NCBI GenBank assembly: GCA_963663805.2
Contig: CAXXMR010000012.1
Location: forward strand, 512,001-576,000
Length of the DNA stretch: 64,000 nt
Direction of reading: 5' to 3'
Origin: Sedimentisphaerales bacterium
GTDB taxonomy: Bacteria > Planctomycetota > Phycisphaerae > Sedimentisphaerales > SM23-30
The position numbers were made by a program, and so were the translations under genes. Every line of letters begins with the position of its first letter. Positions within the stretch are counted from its first letter, which is position 1. Of this stretch, positions 31,789 to 41,587 are shown piece after piece. The notes beneath the pieces were generated by a model that had not been told where the DNA came from, searched no databases, and saw nothing but the letters and a program-made list of their open reading frames with translations.

Positions 31789-32643
31789 ATGTGGGACTAT
31801 ACCGATAAAGTAAAAGAACATTTCATGAATCCACGCAACGTGGGTATCGTTGAAAATCCCGACGGAGTGGGTGAAGTTGGCTCGCTAGCCTGCGGGGATG
31901 CCCTAAAACTCACCTTCAAACTGGATGACCAGAAGCGAATCGCGGAAGTAAAATTTCAGACATTCGGTTGCGGCAGTGCCATTGCCTCCTCCTCTGCCCT
32001 GACAGAACTTATAAAAGGCAAAACCATCGACCAGGCTCTGGAAGTTACCAATAAAGACATCGCAGATTATCTCGGCGGCCTGCCCGAACAAAAAATGCAC
32101 TGTTCCGTCATGGGACGTGAAGCCCTCGAAGCCGCCGTCGAAAATTATCGCACCGGCGGCAAGGTCAAACATGAGCTTCAGGGCAAAGTCGTCTGCACCT
32201 GCTTCGGCATAACCGAAGATGAAATCCGCCGTGTCGTAGAAGAAAATAATCTTAAAACCGTCGATGAAGTCACCAATTATTGTAAAGCTGGCGGCGGCTG
32301 CGGCGGCTGCTATCCCGAAATAGAAAAAATTATCGACCAGGTCCAAAACAAGGATAAAGCAACCGCCCCGGCAGTAGCACCCAGCCGTCCGACCAAGCCC
32401 TTAACAAACCTGGAAAAAATCAAATTGATCGAACAGACTCTTGACCAACAGGTTCGCCCGGCTCTGCAAGCTGACGGCGGCGACCTGGAACTTGTCGATG
32501 TGGTAGGCGACCGCGTGGTCATAAGTTTCCGTGGAATGTGTGCTCAATGCCACGCCGCAGAGTTTACTATGGCAGAAGTCGTCCAGGCCCGCCTGCGCGA
32601 ATTCGTCAGCGAAACCATCACCGTCGAGGAGGCCCCAAAATGA
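31789..32643 (+). CDS. nifU: Fe-S cluster scaffold NifU (IscU + BFD + NifU-C domains)
   Basis: MWDYTDKV; ACGD, FGCGSA, KMHCS; CTCF..CGGC; DGGD..CAQC. Confidence 0.93.
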   Translation: MWDYTDKVKEHFMNPRNVGIVENPDGVGEVGSLACGDALKLTFKLDDQKRIAEVKFQTFGCGSAIASSSALTELIKGKTIDQALEVTNKDIADYLGGLPEQKMHCSVMGREALEAAVENYRTGGKVKHELQGKVVCTCFGITEDEIRRVVEENNLKTVDEVTNYCKAGGGCGGCYPEIEKIIDQVQNKDKATAPAVAPSRPTKPLTNLEKIKLIEQTLDQQVRPALQADGGDLELVDVVGDRVVISFRGMCAQCHAAEFTMAEVVQARLREFVSETITVEEAPK

Positions 32644-33842
32644 AAATCATTTATCTTGATAATAACGCCACCACTCGGCTGGCCGACGAAGTGCTGCAAG
32701 AAATGCTGCCCTACTATCATGAGTATTACGGCAACGCCTCCAGTATGCACACCTTCGGTGGTCAGATACACAAGAAAATCGACTGGGCCCGCGGACAGGT
32801 TGCCCGGCTTCTTAATTGTGAGCCCGAAGAAATTTATTTTACCAGTGGCGGCACCGAAAGTGACAACACCGCTATCCGTGGCGTAATTGAAGCCAAGTCC
32901 GAGCGTCAGCATATTATAACTTCGCGAGTTGAGCATCCCGCGGTGCGTACGGTTTGCCGCCATTTACAAAAAAAGGGACACCGTCTCACCGAAGTTAATG
33001 TCGACGCGTCGGGCCGTCTCGATATGGGCCAGTTCGTCGAAGCTCTCACCGACCAGAGCGGCCTGGTGACCATAATGGCAGCCAATAATGAAACCGGCAC
33101 AATATTTCCTATTCCTCAAATCGCCGGAATGGTGAAGTCACGCGGCGGGATACTCCACACCGACGCCGTACAGTTGGTAGGCAAAACACCGCTGAACCTT
33201 CAGGACACACCCATTGACTTACTCAGCCTTTCCGGTCACAAACTGCACGGTCCCAAAGGCGTTGGCGTTTTGTTTATTCGACGCGGTACATCTATCGTGC
33301 CTCAGCAGTTAGGAGGCCATCAGGAGTTGAGCAAACGTGCCGGCACCGAGAATGTCCCTGGTATCGTCGGGCTAGGCAAGGCCTGCGAACTCGCCCTAAA
33401 AAATATCCAGGAAGAGGAAACCCGGGTCAGCCGCCTGCGCGACCGCCTCGAAAAAGGTCTGCTGGAAACCTGCCCCGATGCCCGCGTTAACGGCGATATA
33501 GAACATCGTCTGCCCAATACCACCAACATTAGTTTTGAATATATCGAAGGCGAAGCGATTCTCCTGCTCATGAACGAAGTCGGCATTTGTGCCTCCTCCG
33601 GCTCGGCATGTACCAGCGGCTCGCTTGAGCCGTCCCATGTTTTAAGAGCAATGGGAGTGCCCTTTACCGCGGTGCACGGCAGTATCAGATACAGCCTCAG
33701 TCGTTACACCACCGACCAGGAAGTCGATTTTGTGCTGAAGGAAATGCCTCCGATAATAAAACGACTGCGGAGCATATCAATGTTCTGTGCCGGCAAAGAT
33801 GCCACCACCGCAGCCCCTTGCGAAATTAAACCAACGCTGTAA
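32640..33842 (+). CDS. nifS: Cysteine desulfurase NifS
   Basis: YLDNNATT, SGHKLHGPKG, SSGSACTS; ATGA overlap with nifU. Confidence 0.93.
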   Translation: MKIIYLDNNATTRLADEVLQEMLPYYHEYYGNASSMHTFGGQIHKKIDWARGQVARLLNCEPEEIYFTSGGTESDNTAIRGVIEAKSERQHIITSRVEHPAVRTVCRHLQKKGHRLTEVNVDASGRLDMGQFVEALTDQSGLVTIMAANNETGTIFPIPQIAGMVKSRGGILHTDAVQLVGKTPLNLQDTPIDLLSLSGHKLHGPKGVGVLFIRRGTSIVPQQLGGHQELSKRAGTENVPGIVGLGKACELALKNIQEEETRVSRLRDRLEKGLLETCPDARVNGDIEHRLPNTTNISFEYIEGEAILLLMNEVGICASSGSACTSGSLEPSHVLRAMGVPFTAVHGSIRYSLSRYTTDQEVDFVLKEMPPIIKRLRSISMFCAGKDATTAAPCEIKPTL

Positions 33843-33937
33843 AACGACCCCGCATAATTGTAAGACGAACACCCAAACACTCTGAACACGGAGCCTCTGC
33901 GCTTTCAAAAGTGAATAAGTTTATTTTTGGCCTCTAC

Positions 33938-33979
33938 GCCGGGTGTGCCTGTACTGCCATGGTACGGGTGCACCCGGCA
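33938..33979 (+). terminator. Long hairpin between convergent nifS and O-antigen-ligase genes
   Basis: GCCGGGTGTGCCTGTAC...GTACGGGTGCACCCGGC, a 17-bp stem with G-U pairs on the + strand. Confidence 0.5.
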
Positions 33980-34002
33980 ACCTATAAGAAAAGCCCAGGG
34001 TG

Positions 34003-36309
34003 TCACTTGTTTTCTGCTGTCCTGCGAAGCTCAGGCGTTAAACGCGGATAAAGTTTTTCACGTTCAGGCCACATCTCACGCTGCATCGCCAAAAAACTAT
34101 TTTCGATTGCCAACGCTTTATCGAACGCTGCCTGAGCTTCTTCAGTTCGACCACCCTTTAACAGCTTCCGGCCATAAAGAACCAGCATCTCCGAATTACC
34201 CGGATAAATCGCCAAAGCCTTTTTCTCTGCCTCAATAGATTTTTCTATCAGCGTTAAATCGTCCTTTTTAATATCAGCCGCCTGCTCATACATCTGCGCC
34301 AGGGAGTCATAGTAACGATAATTCAGCGGGTCACACTCAATCGCTCGCTCAAACCATTTAGACGCCTGTGCGAAATAAGCACCATGCTTTTGAGGAGCCC
34401 CAAACCAGATAATATAACAAAGCCTGGCATTAAAATACGCCGGCCCAGGGTCAAGCCGACTTATTTCCCACGCATCCGTACCCAAAAGCACAGCCCGCTC
34501 CCGCATCTTAAAACTGGATTCCGGCAGACTTCCAAATTTACCCTGCCGGTAATCCCGGTCAATTTCCCCCGCAGCGACAGCACACTTTTCCGCGGCACGC
34601 ATCGTGTGATAAGAAAAAATATTCATGCCGGCACTTCGCCAAAAACACGCGGTTATAATTGCGACAACAATGATTCCTGTAATCTTCAAACCGGGTCTAA
34701 TCTCAAAAGAATAATCTGTTTTACGCGTTCTCAAGCTGAACAGCAAAGCCGCCATCGCAAAAAAACACGTACACAAGCCCGGCTGAAAAAACGCCATGTC
34801 TATACTGTTGTGCAGCATAAATCCCAGCATCCCCGCACCAATCATGATTGTAACGATAGGCGAATTGTCCAGCGGCTTCTCACAACAACACCAGGCGACC
34901 ACAAAACCCGCCAGCCATACCAGGGCCGGTATAATAAACATTATCAGATAAACACTAAGTCTTTCCGCTTCGCCCGTCCCCGATAAATCACTTGCCGCCA
35001 GACGTATACTCACAATACCCACCAGAGTAATCAGCGCCGGAATCAGATACCGCCTGGATTTTTTCTGCTCTGTGGCGACAGCATCAGACTGAGGCCGCGC
35101 CGCTCTAAACGCCCCCGCAATCGCCGCCCAGCTCAACGCCGCTAACCCAAATATGCCCCACTGACTCAAAATCGCCACCGGCACACTATGAGGATCCTTA
35201 ACCACCTCCGGGGCCGCCGGGTCAAGATAATGCATATAATGAATCCCAAAATTCTCCGGCCCCACCCCCCAAAGCGGATTATCCTTTATCATTTCCCCCG
35301 CCGCCTGCCAGTACTGCCACCGAACCCACATCGAATTACTCGGCAGCCGATTATGGGTCGTGCCGTACCAGGCAATCACGCCCGCTGTAAGAATAATCAA
35401 AATCAAACTTACGATAATGATACTTTTGTAATGTCGGCTCAGAAAATTCCGTAGCAGATAAAAAACTACAGCAAATCCGCCCGCCGCCAGCCCCGCCAGG
35501 ATGCCGCCCTTGCTCTCGGTAATAAGCATCCCCGCGACAATCGCCAGCACACAACCGCCGCCCAGCAGCAGTAGCCACGAACGTTCCGCGTAAAGCCGCC
35601 GCAAATTATTTAGATAAACCGCACCCGCGCCCATTATCGCCAGAATGAAAAATGATGCCGTTGTATTGCTGATAATGAAATACCCGCCGATGTCCCGGCT
35701 GGCCACCCGCTCAGCAAACTGCGCCGCCGCATAAGTACCCGGCTCAACCCCCTGAGCCCGCATCATGGTCTCAGAATTCGCTTCAAACTGAGCAACCGAA
35801 GCGTCACTGTCGTATTGATACTGTTCCCAGCACCGATAAGCCATTGTAACCCCAGTGGCGATAATGACGCTCAGCAAAAAACGCTTCTGTTCGGGCTCTC
35901 GCAGTAATTGTACCAGCAGCACCGCCATCAGCATTGCCGCGCAAAGGTTCATTGCCGCGATAGCCGCAGTATGTTTATTGGAAGCATGAGCCGCCGACAT
36001 TATACCTGCGAACATCAGCAGCACCAAAGGGCCCAGCAAACCGGTGGCCCGCCAGCGAAAAGTTTTACGTATCAGATTAGCTATGATATAAAGAGCCGTG
36101 AGTGTAACAATCAACCCCGCGAACACCAGCAGCGCCGGCGTTTCCGCCGCGCCCAGCTGAATGTCAAGTATCGGCCCGCTGACCTTCCACATCAACGGCA
36201 GCGACTCATTTATCTGGCAGCGACCCGCTACAATAATCGCACACGCGACCAGCAGAATACTGTCCAGCAGATTAAATCTGGGTTTGTTTTCCAGTGCGGT
36301 AGATTTCAC
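34003..36309 (-). CDS. O-antigen ligase (Wzy_C) family membrane protein with C-terminal TPRs
   Basis: Many TMs, TESKGG, RWQYW...PLWGVGPENF, DPHS, then TPR-like helices. GTG start at 36309 overlaps the upstream TGA. Confidence 0.85.
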   Translation of the reverse strand: MKSTALENKPRFNLLDSILLVACAIIVAGRCQINESLPLMWKVSGPILDIQLGAAETPALLVFAGLIVTLTALYIIANLIRKTFRWRATGLLGPLVLLMFAGIMSAAHASNKHTAAIAAMNLCAAMLMAVLLVQLLREPEQKRFLLSVIIATGVTMAYRCWEQYQYDSDASVAQFEANSETMMRAQGVEPGTYAAAQFAERVASRDIGGYFIISNTTASFFILAIMGAGAVYLNNLRRLYAERSWLLLLGGGCVLAIVAGMLITESKGGILAGLAAGGFAVVFYLLRNFLSRHYKSIIIVSLILIILTAGVIAWYGTTHNRLPSNSMWVRWQYWQAAGEMIKDNPLWGVGPENFGIHYMHYLDPAAPEVVKDPHSVPVAILSQWGIFGLAALSWAAIAGAFRAARPQSDAVATEQKKSRRYLIPALITLVGIVSIRLAASDLSGTGEAERLSVYLIMFIIPALVWLAGFVVAWCCCEKPLDNSPIVTIMIGAGMLGFMLHNSIDMAFFQPGLCTCFFAMAALLFSLRTRKTDYSFEIRPGLKITGIIVVAIITACFWRSAGMNIFSYHTMRAAEKCAVAAGEIDRDYRQGKFGSLPESSFKMRERAVLLGTDAWEISRLDPGPAYFNARLCYIIWFGAPQKHGAYFAQASKWFERAIECDPLNYRYYDSLAQMYEQAADIKKDDLTLIEKSIEAEKKALAIYPGNSEMLVLYGRKLLKGGRTEEAQAAFDKALAIENSFLAMQREMWPEREKLYPRLTPELRRTAENK

Positions 36310-37364
36310 GGACGCTCCAGAATTGCGATAATAAAAACTATCATTACCGTCTGGGCGAAAATCAATATCACCCCGGTTTGCGATACCTGGTGCAGAAACG
36401 TCGCCCCCAGCCCCGTACACGCCGTCGCCAGATAAATCGTCAACGCTGTTTGCCGTACCGTCAGCCCCCGCCTCAACAGCCGATGACTGAAATGATGAGT
36501 ATCACCCACCCAAAGACTCCGACCCTGCCAAAAGCGGATAAGCATCACGCTGATAAAATCATAAAGCGGTACCGCCAGAACTATCAGCGGCATAAGCGTC
36601 GCGAACCACGTCCCGCCCGCCAGGTGCTCATGATAATAAGTCGTGCGAATGGTACAAACCGCCACCAGCATCCCCACCACCAGACTGCCCCCGTCACCCA
36701 TAAATATTTTCGCCGGTGCGAAGTTGAACACCAGAAAACCCAGCAAAGCCCCGATAAGCAAAACCTCAAGACCCGCCACAAAAACCTGACCCGCGTTTAG
36801 CGCAGCCGTTAGCAAAATCCCTGTGCATATCGTCGCAATCCCCGCCGACAGCCCGTCCATATTATCCAGAAAATTAAAAGCGTTGATAATTACCCCCATC
36901 CACAAAATCGAAAGAAGGGTGGTCAACAACTCACTGCCGATGAAAAAGTCAAACCGTATCTCTCCCACTGTCGCCAGCAGCGTCGCTACCGTCAGTTGAA
37001 TCACCAGTTTCAAAAGAGGCCCCAGATGCCGCAAATCATCCACAATCCCCATGATATGCAAAGCCCCCGCACAAACAATCAGAACCATAGTCGGCACAAT
37101 CCGGCTCGACAAACCCGGCACATGCACCGCCATCTCCGCCGGCAGCCAAACAGGGACGCCAAACCTGTCCGCCCCGATAGCCAAACCACTCATCACCATC
37201 AGCGGCAGCATAACTACCCAGAATATCACTACCCCGCCGCCCAGAGCGATAGGCCTTTCGTGAATCTTCCGTACGCCCGGCTTGTCCGTAAAGTTGTGAG
37301 CGATAGCCCATCGACGCATTAATGCGGTAAAAACCACCGAACTGACCAACGCGACAGCTCCCAA
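36306..37364 (-). CDS. WecA/TagO-like undecaprenyl-phosphate sugar-1-phosphate transferase (MraY family)
   Basis: RKIH..P...GG, GIVDD, NAFNFLDNMDG, FMGDGGS, HHFSHRL. Confidence 0.9.
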   Translation of the reverse strand: MGAVALVSSVVFTALMRRWAIAHNFTDKPGVRKIHERPIALGGGVVIFWVVMLPLMVMSGLAIGADRFGVPVWLPAEMAVHVPGLSSRIVPTMVLIVCAGALHIMGIVDDLRHLGPLLKLVIQLTVATLLATVGEIRFDFFIGSELLTTLLSILWMGVIINAFNFLDNMDGLSAGIATICTGILLTAALNAGQVFVAGLEVLLIGALLGFLVFNFAPAKIFMGDGGSLVVGMLVAVCTIRTTYYHEHLAGGTWFATLMPLIVLAVPLYDFISVMLIRFWQGRSLWVGDTHHFSHRLLRRGLTVRQTALTIYLATACTGLGATFLHQVSQTGVILIFAQTVMIVFIIAILERP

Positions 37365-37378
37365 AATCAGAATGTATT

Positions 37379-37933
37379 TTAACTCTGCGATTTTAATTGC
37401 TCCGTTAGACGCTCACGAGCGGCACTCAGAAAACCATCATACCTGCCGCTGCCGTAATCGGGATAAGTGAAAGGCCAAGAATGCCACTGACCCTTGTGAA
37501 AATGCAGAGTCGGCTCAGCGTACATGTCATTACCGATATAAACCCGATGTGAATAATTCTTCGTCGTTACCAGAACCAGCTTGCTCGGCTCGATATAACC
37601 CGGGTCCAGATTCACTGGCCGCGCCGCCTCGTTCGACCCGCAAGGTGAACTCTCGGCGCAAATCCTTTCCAGTTCGTTACTCTGATGCTTGCACTGAGAG
37701 ATTTCTTCCGGTCGAATCGGTCTCTCAAAACTGAGAAACTTACGCAATAAAGTGTCACCCATTTCCTGCGCGTAATAATTCGTCCACGTAAAGTCGATAA
37801 CCTCACTGGCAATATCAACCGGCCCCCACCACGCCGACATCGCCCGCTCAGCCCAGTCGAACAATTCCACCTGCCCGCTGAGCATACCCACAATCAACTT
37901 AACCGGTCTGGGAGGCCGCAACTGCTGAGACAT
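37379..37933 (-). CDS. DUF4416 family protein
   Basis: TNYYAQEMG, RPVNLDPGY, TTKNYSHRVY, WPFTYPDY. Confidence 0.8.
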   Translation of the reverse strand: MSQQLRPPRPVKLIVGMLSGQVELFDWAERAMSAWWGPVDIASEVIDFTWTNYYAQEMGDTLLRKFLSFERPIRPEEISQCKHQSNELERICAESSPCGSNEAARPVNLDPGYIEPSKLVLVTTKNYSHRVYIGNDMYAEPTLHFHKGQWHSWPFTYPDYGSGRYDGFLSAARERLTEQLKSQS

Positions 37934-37948
37934 CTTCAGCTCTCCAAA

Positions 37949-39772
37949 TTATTTTTCCAGCTCAGCGTAAAGCTCAGCCACGATACGCTCAGCCCGACCC
38001 GCCGCCTCGTCGATGGCCACCAATTCCTTCTCAGCCTCACGACGCAGCTTGATTTCAACCTGACCTTCAGCCACACCCCGCGAACCAACCGTTATCCGAA
38101 CCGGAATGCCCACCAGGTCCGCGTCCTTGAACTTAACCCCGCCCCGAATCGAACGGTCGTCCAGCAATACATCTATATCATCATCGAGCAACTGCTGATA
38201 AATCTTCTCTGCCGCCGACGTAACTTCATCATCGTTAGCGTTAGCCACCGTAATCAAAACTTCATAAGGAGCGATGCTAATCGGCCAGATAACCCCATTT
38301 TCGTCATTGCCAACCTCAATTGCCGATGCCATAATCCGGTTAATCCCAATACCATAGCAACCCATAATACAAGGTTGACTCTTGCCGTTCTCGTCCAGAT
38401 ATGTAGCTTCCAGCTTGGCACTGTATTTCGTGCCCAGCTTGAACACCTGACCAACCTCGATACCACGCCGGAACAATAACGGCTGACCCTTGTAGGTGTC
38501 ACCCTCAACAGCATTACGAATGTCCCTTATTATAACCTTCTCGCCTTCCAATGCGAAATCCCGACCCGGCACCACATTTTTAACGTGATAATCAGTCTTG
38601 TTCGCGCCCGTAACCCCCACCGGCAACGCCGCTACCCACGGGTCGACGATTAGCTTGACAACATAGGGATGATCGGTCATTTGCATTGGACCAGCAAAAC
38701 CAACAGCGGCACCAGTAAGTTCAATAATATCCTTTTCATCTGCTAAGCAAACACTTTCACCCGTGGCAATACGTAGTTTTTCTTCATTTACGTCATGGTC
38801 GCCACGCACAAGGGCTATATAGTAATTCTCCACATAGGCATTGGATGTAATAACCAGTCGTCCATCATGCTTCGCTTTTTCTTGACTGACTTGTTTTGCG
38901 GCATTTTCTGCAGATGTTCTGTAAATCAGCGTCTTAATCATTTCTTCAGGTTTGGTCTTCAAAAACCCGCAAACCGCTTCGATACTTCCTACCTGCGGAG
39001 TGTGTACTTCTGCCATAGCACCAGCGGCAGACTGCCCGCCGGAATCTTTAGGACCGTCTACGTCAGCCTTCTCAATATTCGCCGCGTAAGAACCATCAGC
39101 CGTATAAACAATAACATCCTCGCCCGTCTCACAAGGTACCGTGAACTGATGCGAACCACTGCCGCCCATCTCGCCCGTTTCCGCCTCGACGATAACATAC
39201 TCCACCCCGCAACGCTCGAAAATACGCTTGTAGGTGTCGTACATTATCCGGTAAGTTTCTTCCAGACTCTCTGGCGAGGCATGAAAACTGTAAGAGTCTT
39301 TCATAATAAATTCACGCGAACGCAGCACCCCGAACCGGGGCCGAAACTCATCCCGAAACTTAAAGCTCATCTGATAAAGGTTCAGCGGCAGTTGCTTATA
39401 AGAGTTAATCTCACAGCCCGCCACATAAGTAATCACCTCCTCAGCCGTGGGAGCCAGAACATTCTCCCGACCATGCCGGTCCGTAAACCGACACATCGTC
39501 TCGCCGTAATCAACATCGCGACCCGTCCGCTGCCACAAATCTATCGGCTGTACTGCCGGCAATAGCATCTCCTGGGCCCCCGCCGCGTCCATCTCAGCCC
39601 GTACGATACCCATAATCTTATTCAGTGTCCGCCAACCCAGGGGCAGATAGCTGTAAGTGCCGCTGGCCAATTTGCGAATGAACCCGCCCCGAATCATTAA
39701 CTGGTGACTGGGTACCTCCGCGTCCGCGGGTACTTCCTTGACCGTAGGAATCAGCATCTTGCTCCACTTCAT
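37949..39772 (-). CDS. proS: Prolyl-tRNA synthetase with editing (INS) domain
   Basis: LAPTAEE, FRDEFRPRFG, GIEVGQVF, MGCYGIG, KFKDADLVG. Start trimmed to MKWSK. Confidence 0.97.
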   Translation of the reverse strand: MKWSKMLIPTVKEVPADAEVPSHQLMIRGGFIRKLASGTYSYLPLGWRTLNKIMGIVRAEMDAAGAQEMLLPAVQPIDLWQRTGRDVDYGETMCRFTDRHGRENVLAPTAEEVITYVAGCEINSYKQLPLNLYQMSFKFRDEFRPRFGVLRSREFIMKDSYSFHASPESLEETYRIMYDTYKRIFERCGVEYVIVEAETGEMGGSGSHQFTVPCETGEDVIVYTADGSYAANIEKADVDGPKDSGGQSAAGAMAEVHTPQVGSIEAVCGFLKTKPEEMIKTLIYRTSAENAAKQVSQEKAKHDGRLVITSNAYVENYYIALVRGDHDVNEEKLRIATGESVCLADEKDIIELTGAAVGFAGPMQMTDHPYVVKLIVDPWVAALPVGVTGANKTDYHVKNVVPGRDFALEGEKVIIRDIRNAVEGDTYKGQPLLFRRGIEVGQVFKLGTKYSAKLEATYLDENGKSQPCIMGCYGIGINRIMASAIEVGNDENGVIWPISIAPYEVLITVANANDDEVTSAAEKIYQQLLDDDIDVLLDDRSIRGGVKFKDADLVGIPVRITVGSRGVAEGQVEIKLRREAEKELVAIDEAAGRAERIVAELYAELEK

Positions 39773-40126
39773 TATTTTTAAGCTCCATATCAGTGCCGCC
39801 GACCAACGCCCGCGGCAGTTAATCATACCAAATCTAAACCAGGTATTATAACCACAGAAACCTTCACTCGACACCCAAAAACCCTTAGCCCGATTTTTGA
39901 CTTTTTCCTGTTTTTTAAGCCTTATTCTTATTAAAAAGCACTGAAAATCAAAAAAAACACGAAAAAATCGCCAAAAATCAGTCACTTCGGGACAGAACGC
40001 GCTGCCACTAATACGCTAAACATCCACTTTATTGCTTGCCGAATCGACCAATTCAAACTATAATACATATAAGGACTGATATAATTATCAGCACATAAGT
40101 AACTGTATTTTAGAAAGTTAAGAAAA

Positions 40127-40879
40127 ATGCCAACTTCTTTCGGTTCACTTTGTGACGACTTTTACGTCAATATGAACCTCAATACCGAGCTGGATTTGCC
40201 CACCGGACGAGACACAATCCTCCATTTCTTCGAAAGAATCCAAAAACAATTCCCCACCATGAACACCTTCTACCAGCGGGAAACCGGCGAATTTTGCCTT
40301 GATGAAGATCGTGAATCTGGTTCCTACCGCTGGGTTTCCATCGAACAAAATCGCATATGCAGTGGTCTGGTAAATCCCGAATCGCTGGAGCAGGTTGACG
40401 AGCAGAATAAACTTATCCTGGACCTGGTAACCTACGCCTTAGGCGTCAGTTATCTTGATATTGAGTCTTTGGATGTCATGTTCGGGATGGACTTCGACTA
40501 TGCCGGCAACCACGACGAAATACTCGCTGAAGCCCTCTTTCCCAACAGCCCTTTTTCTTCCCTGCTAGAATTGGAACATGCCAAACCCCTCGGATTCGAC
40601 CCTGCTATCCTTGTTAGTCTCAGCGAAGACTGCCGCACTCAGGCCCGAATCTCTTTCGAGTCCCGCACCGGCGCCTACCAGGTCCGTACCGGAAAATTCA
40701 AGGAAGACGACCAGCTCAGTCTCTATCTTTCTATCCGTCAGTATCCCGACCCGGAGATAAAGTTCAACAGCATGGAATCTTATGACAATCAGCGGAAAGC
40801 CTGTGCCGATATTATGGCCGAACGGGTAATCCCCTGCTTTGTCCAACCCATCCAGGATGCCATCGGCCAAAGAAGATAA
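40127..40879 (+). CDS. Conserved hypothetical protein (planctomycete-type)
   Basis: 250-aa ORF with globular-protein composition (CDDFYVNM.LNTELDLP). Function unknown. Confidence 0.75.
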   Translation: MPTSFGSLCDDFYVNMNLNTELDLPTGRDTILHFFERIQKQFPTMNTFYQRETGEFCLDEDRESGSYRWVSIEQNRICSGLVNPESLEQVDEQNKLILDLVTYALGVSYLDIESLDVMFGMDFDYAGNHDEILAEALFPNSPFSSLLELEHAKPLGFDPAILVSLSEDCRTQARISFESRTGAYQVRTGKFKEDDQLSLYLSIRQYPDPEIKFNSMESYDNQRKACADIMAERVIPCFVQPIQDAIGQRR

Positions 40880-40923
40880 CCCAAAAAAGGGTCGAATCTC
40901 TTTTTATCCCCCTCCAAAGCCAC

Positions 40924-40964
40924 AAAAAAACGCAAGCCCGGCGCGTTTTAAGGGCCAGGCTTGC
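40924..40964 (-). terminator. Intrinsic terminator ending the candidate ncRNA
   Basis: Minus strand GCAAGCCTGGC-loop-GCCGGGCTTGC, then G and T7. The U-G pair works only on the minus strand. Confidence 0.8.
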
Positions 40965-41404
40965 CACTTTCGGTTTGGTGTGTACTTCGTTTGGACCGGC
41001 TTACCGGTCCGTACATCACCAACGGCTTATTGCCGCTAATTTTGGGCTGTGCCTCGCGACACAGTCGTAAGGGTTGGGCTGGATATCAGCCCTGTAAATA
41101 TGTAGTGCTCGTTGTGCCGCGTCTAAGCGCGACCAACCCAGTCAGTCATAGGCATACCTCCCTAAAAAGAGGACCTATCCAAAAACCCCTCGGTACGCTA
41201 CTAAACGAACGTCGGGTACAAATAACATCATTACAGGCTGCGTCACGCGTTCGACGCAACCTAACCTATGTTCTAACACGTCGCCAAACCACCACGATTC
41301 GACGTGACGTGATACGGTCAAAACTCAAAAAATCAGTTATAGGACGTTTGCTGTATTTCCTTTTCTCAATTAAACTTAAGAGATTTTTTTTCCTTTCTTT
41401 GACC
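40924..41404 (-). ncRNA. Candidate unrecognised large structured ncRNA (~480 nt)
   Basis: Bounded by a promoter and a terminator; at least 8 stems with G-U pairs polarised to the minus strand; GNRA tetraloop; no minus-strand ORF of 60 aa or more. Confidence 0.6.
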
Positions 41405-41410
41405 ACAAAT

Positions 41411-41439
41411 AATATAGCATATTAATCGACAAAAAGCAA
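41411..41439 (-). promoter_or_regulatory. Sigma70-type promoter of the candidate ncRNA
   Basis: TTGCTT-N17-TATATT with extended -10 TG. Predicted +1 at G41404, the first base of the 5' stem. Confidence 0.65.
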
Positions 41440-41587
41440 GCGAATTGAGGCTTTTTTTAACACTAAATGGACCTGCCAAATTTTCACTTTGTTCTCCCTG
41501 GCCTTATTACTTGCTTTTCCCCAACTTAACCGCCATCATATACACCCGGAATGTTGGACAAACAGGACAAATGCAGGAGAACCTCAA

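Noticed and set aside
31789..33842. Nitrogen fixation cluster
   Set aside because: Only nifU and nifS are present, which is the housekeeping NIF-type Fe-S system of many anaerobes; no nifHDK.
40990..41012. CCGGCTTAC resembling the RNase P RNA 3' end
   Set aside because: No preceding ACAGAA and no GAGGAAAGTCC 5' motif. tmRNA-type ends are also absent.
40961..41425. 154-aa plus-strand ORF over the candidate ncRNA
   Set aside because: TTG start with no SD and no recognisable motifs; promoter, terminator and G-U polarity all point to the minus strand.
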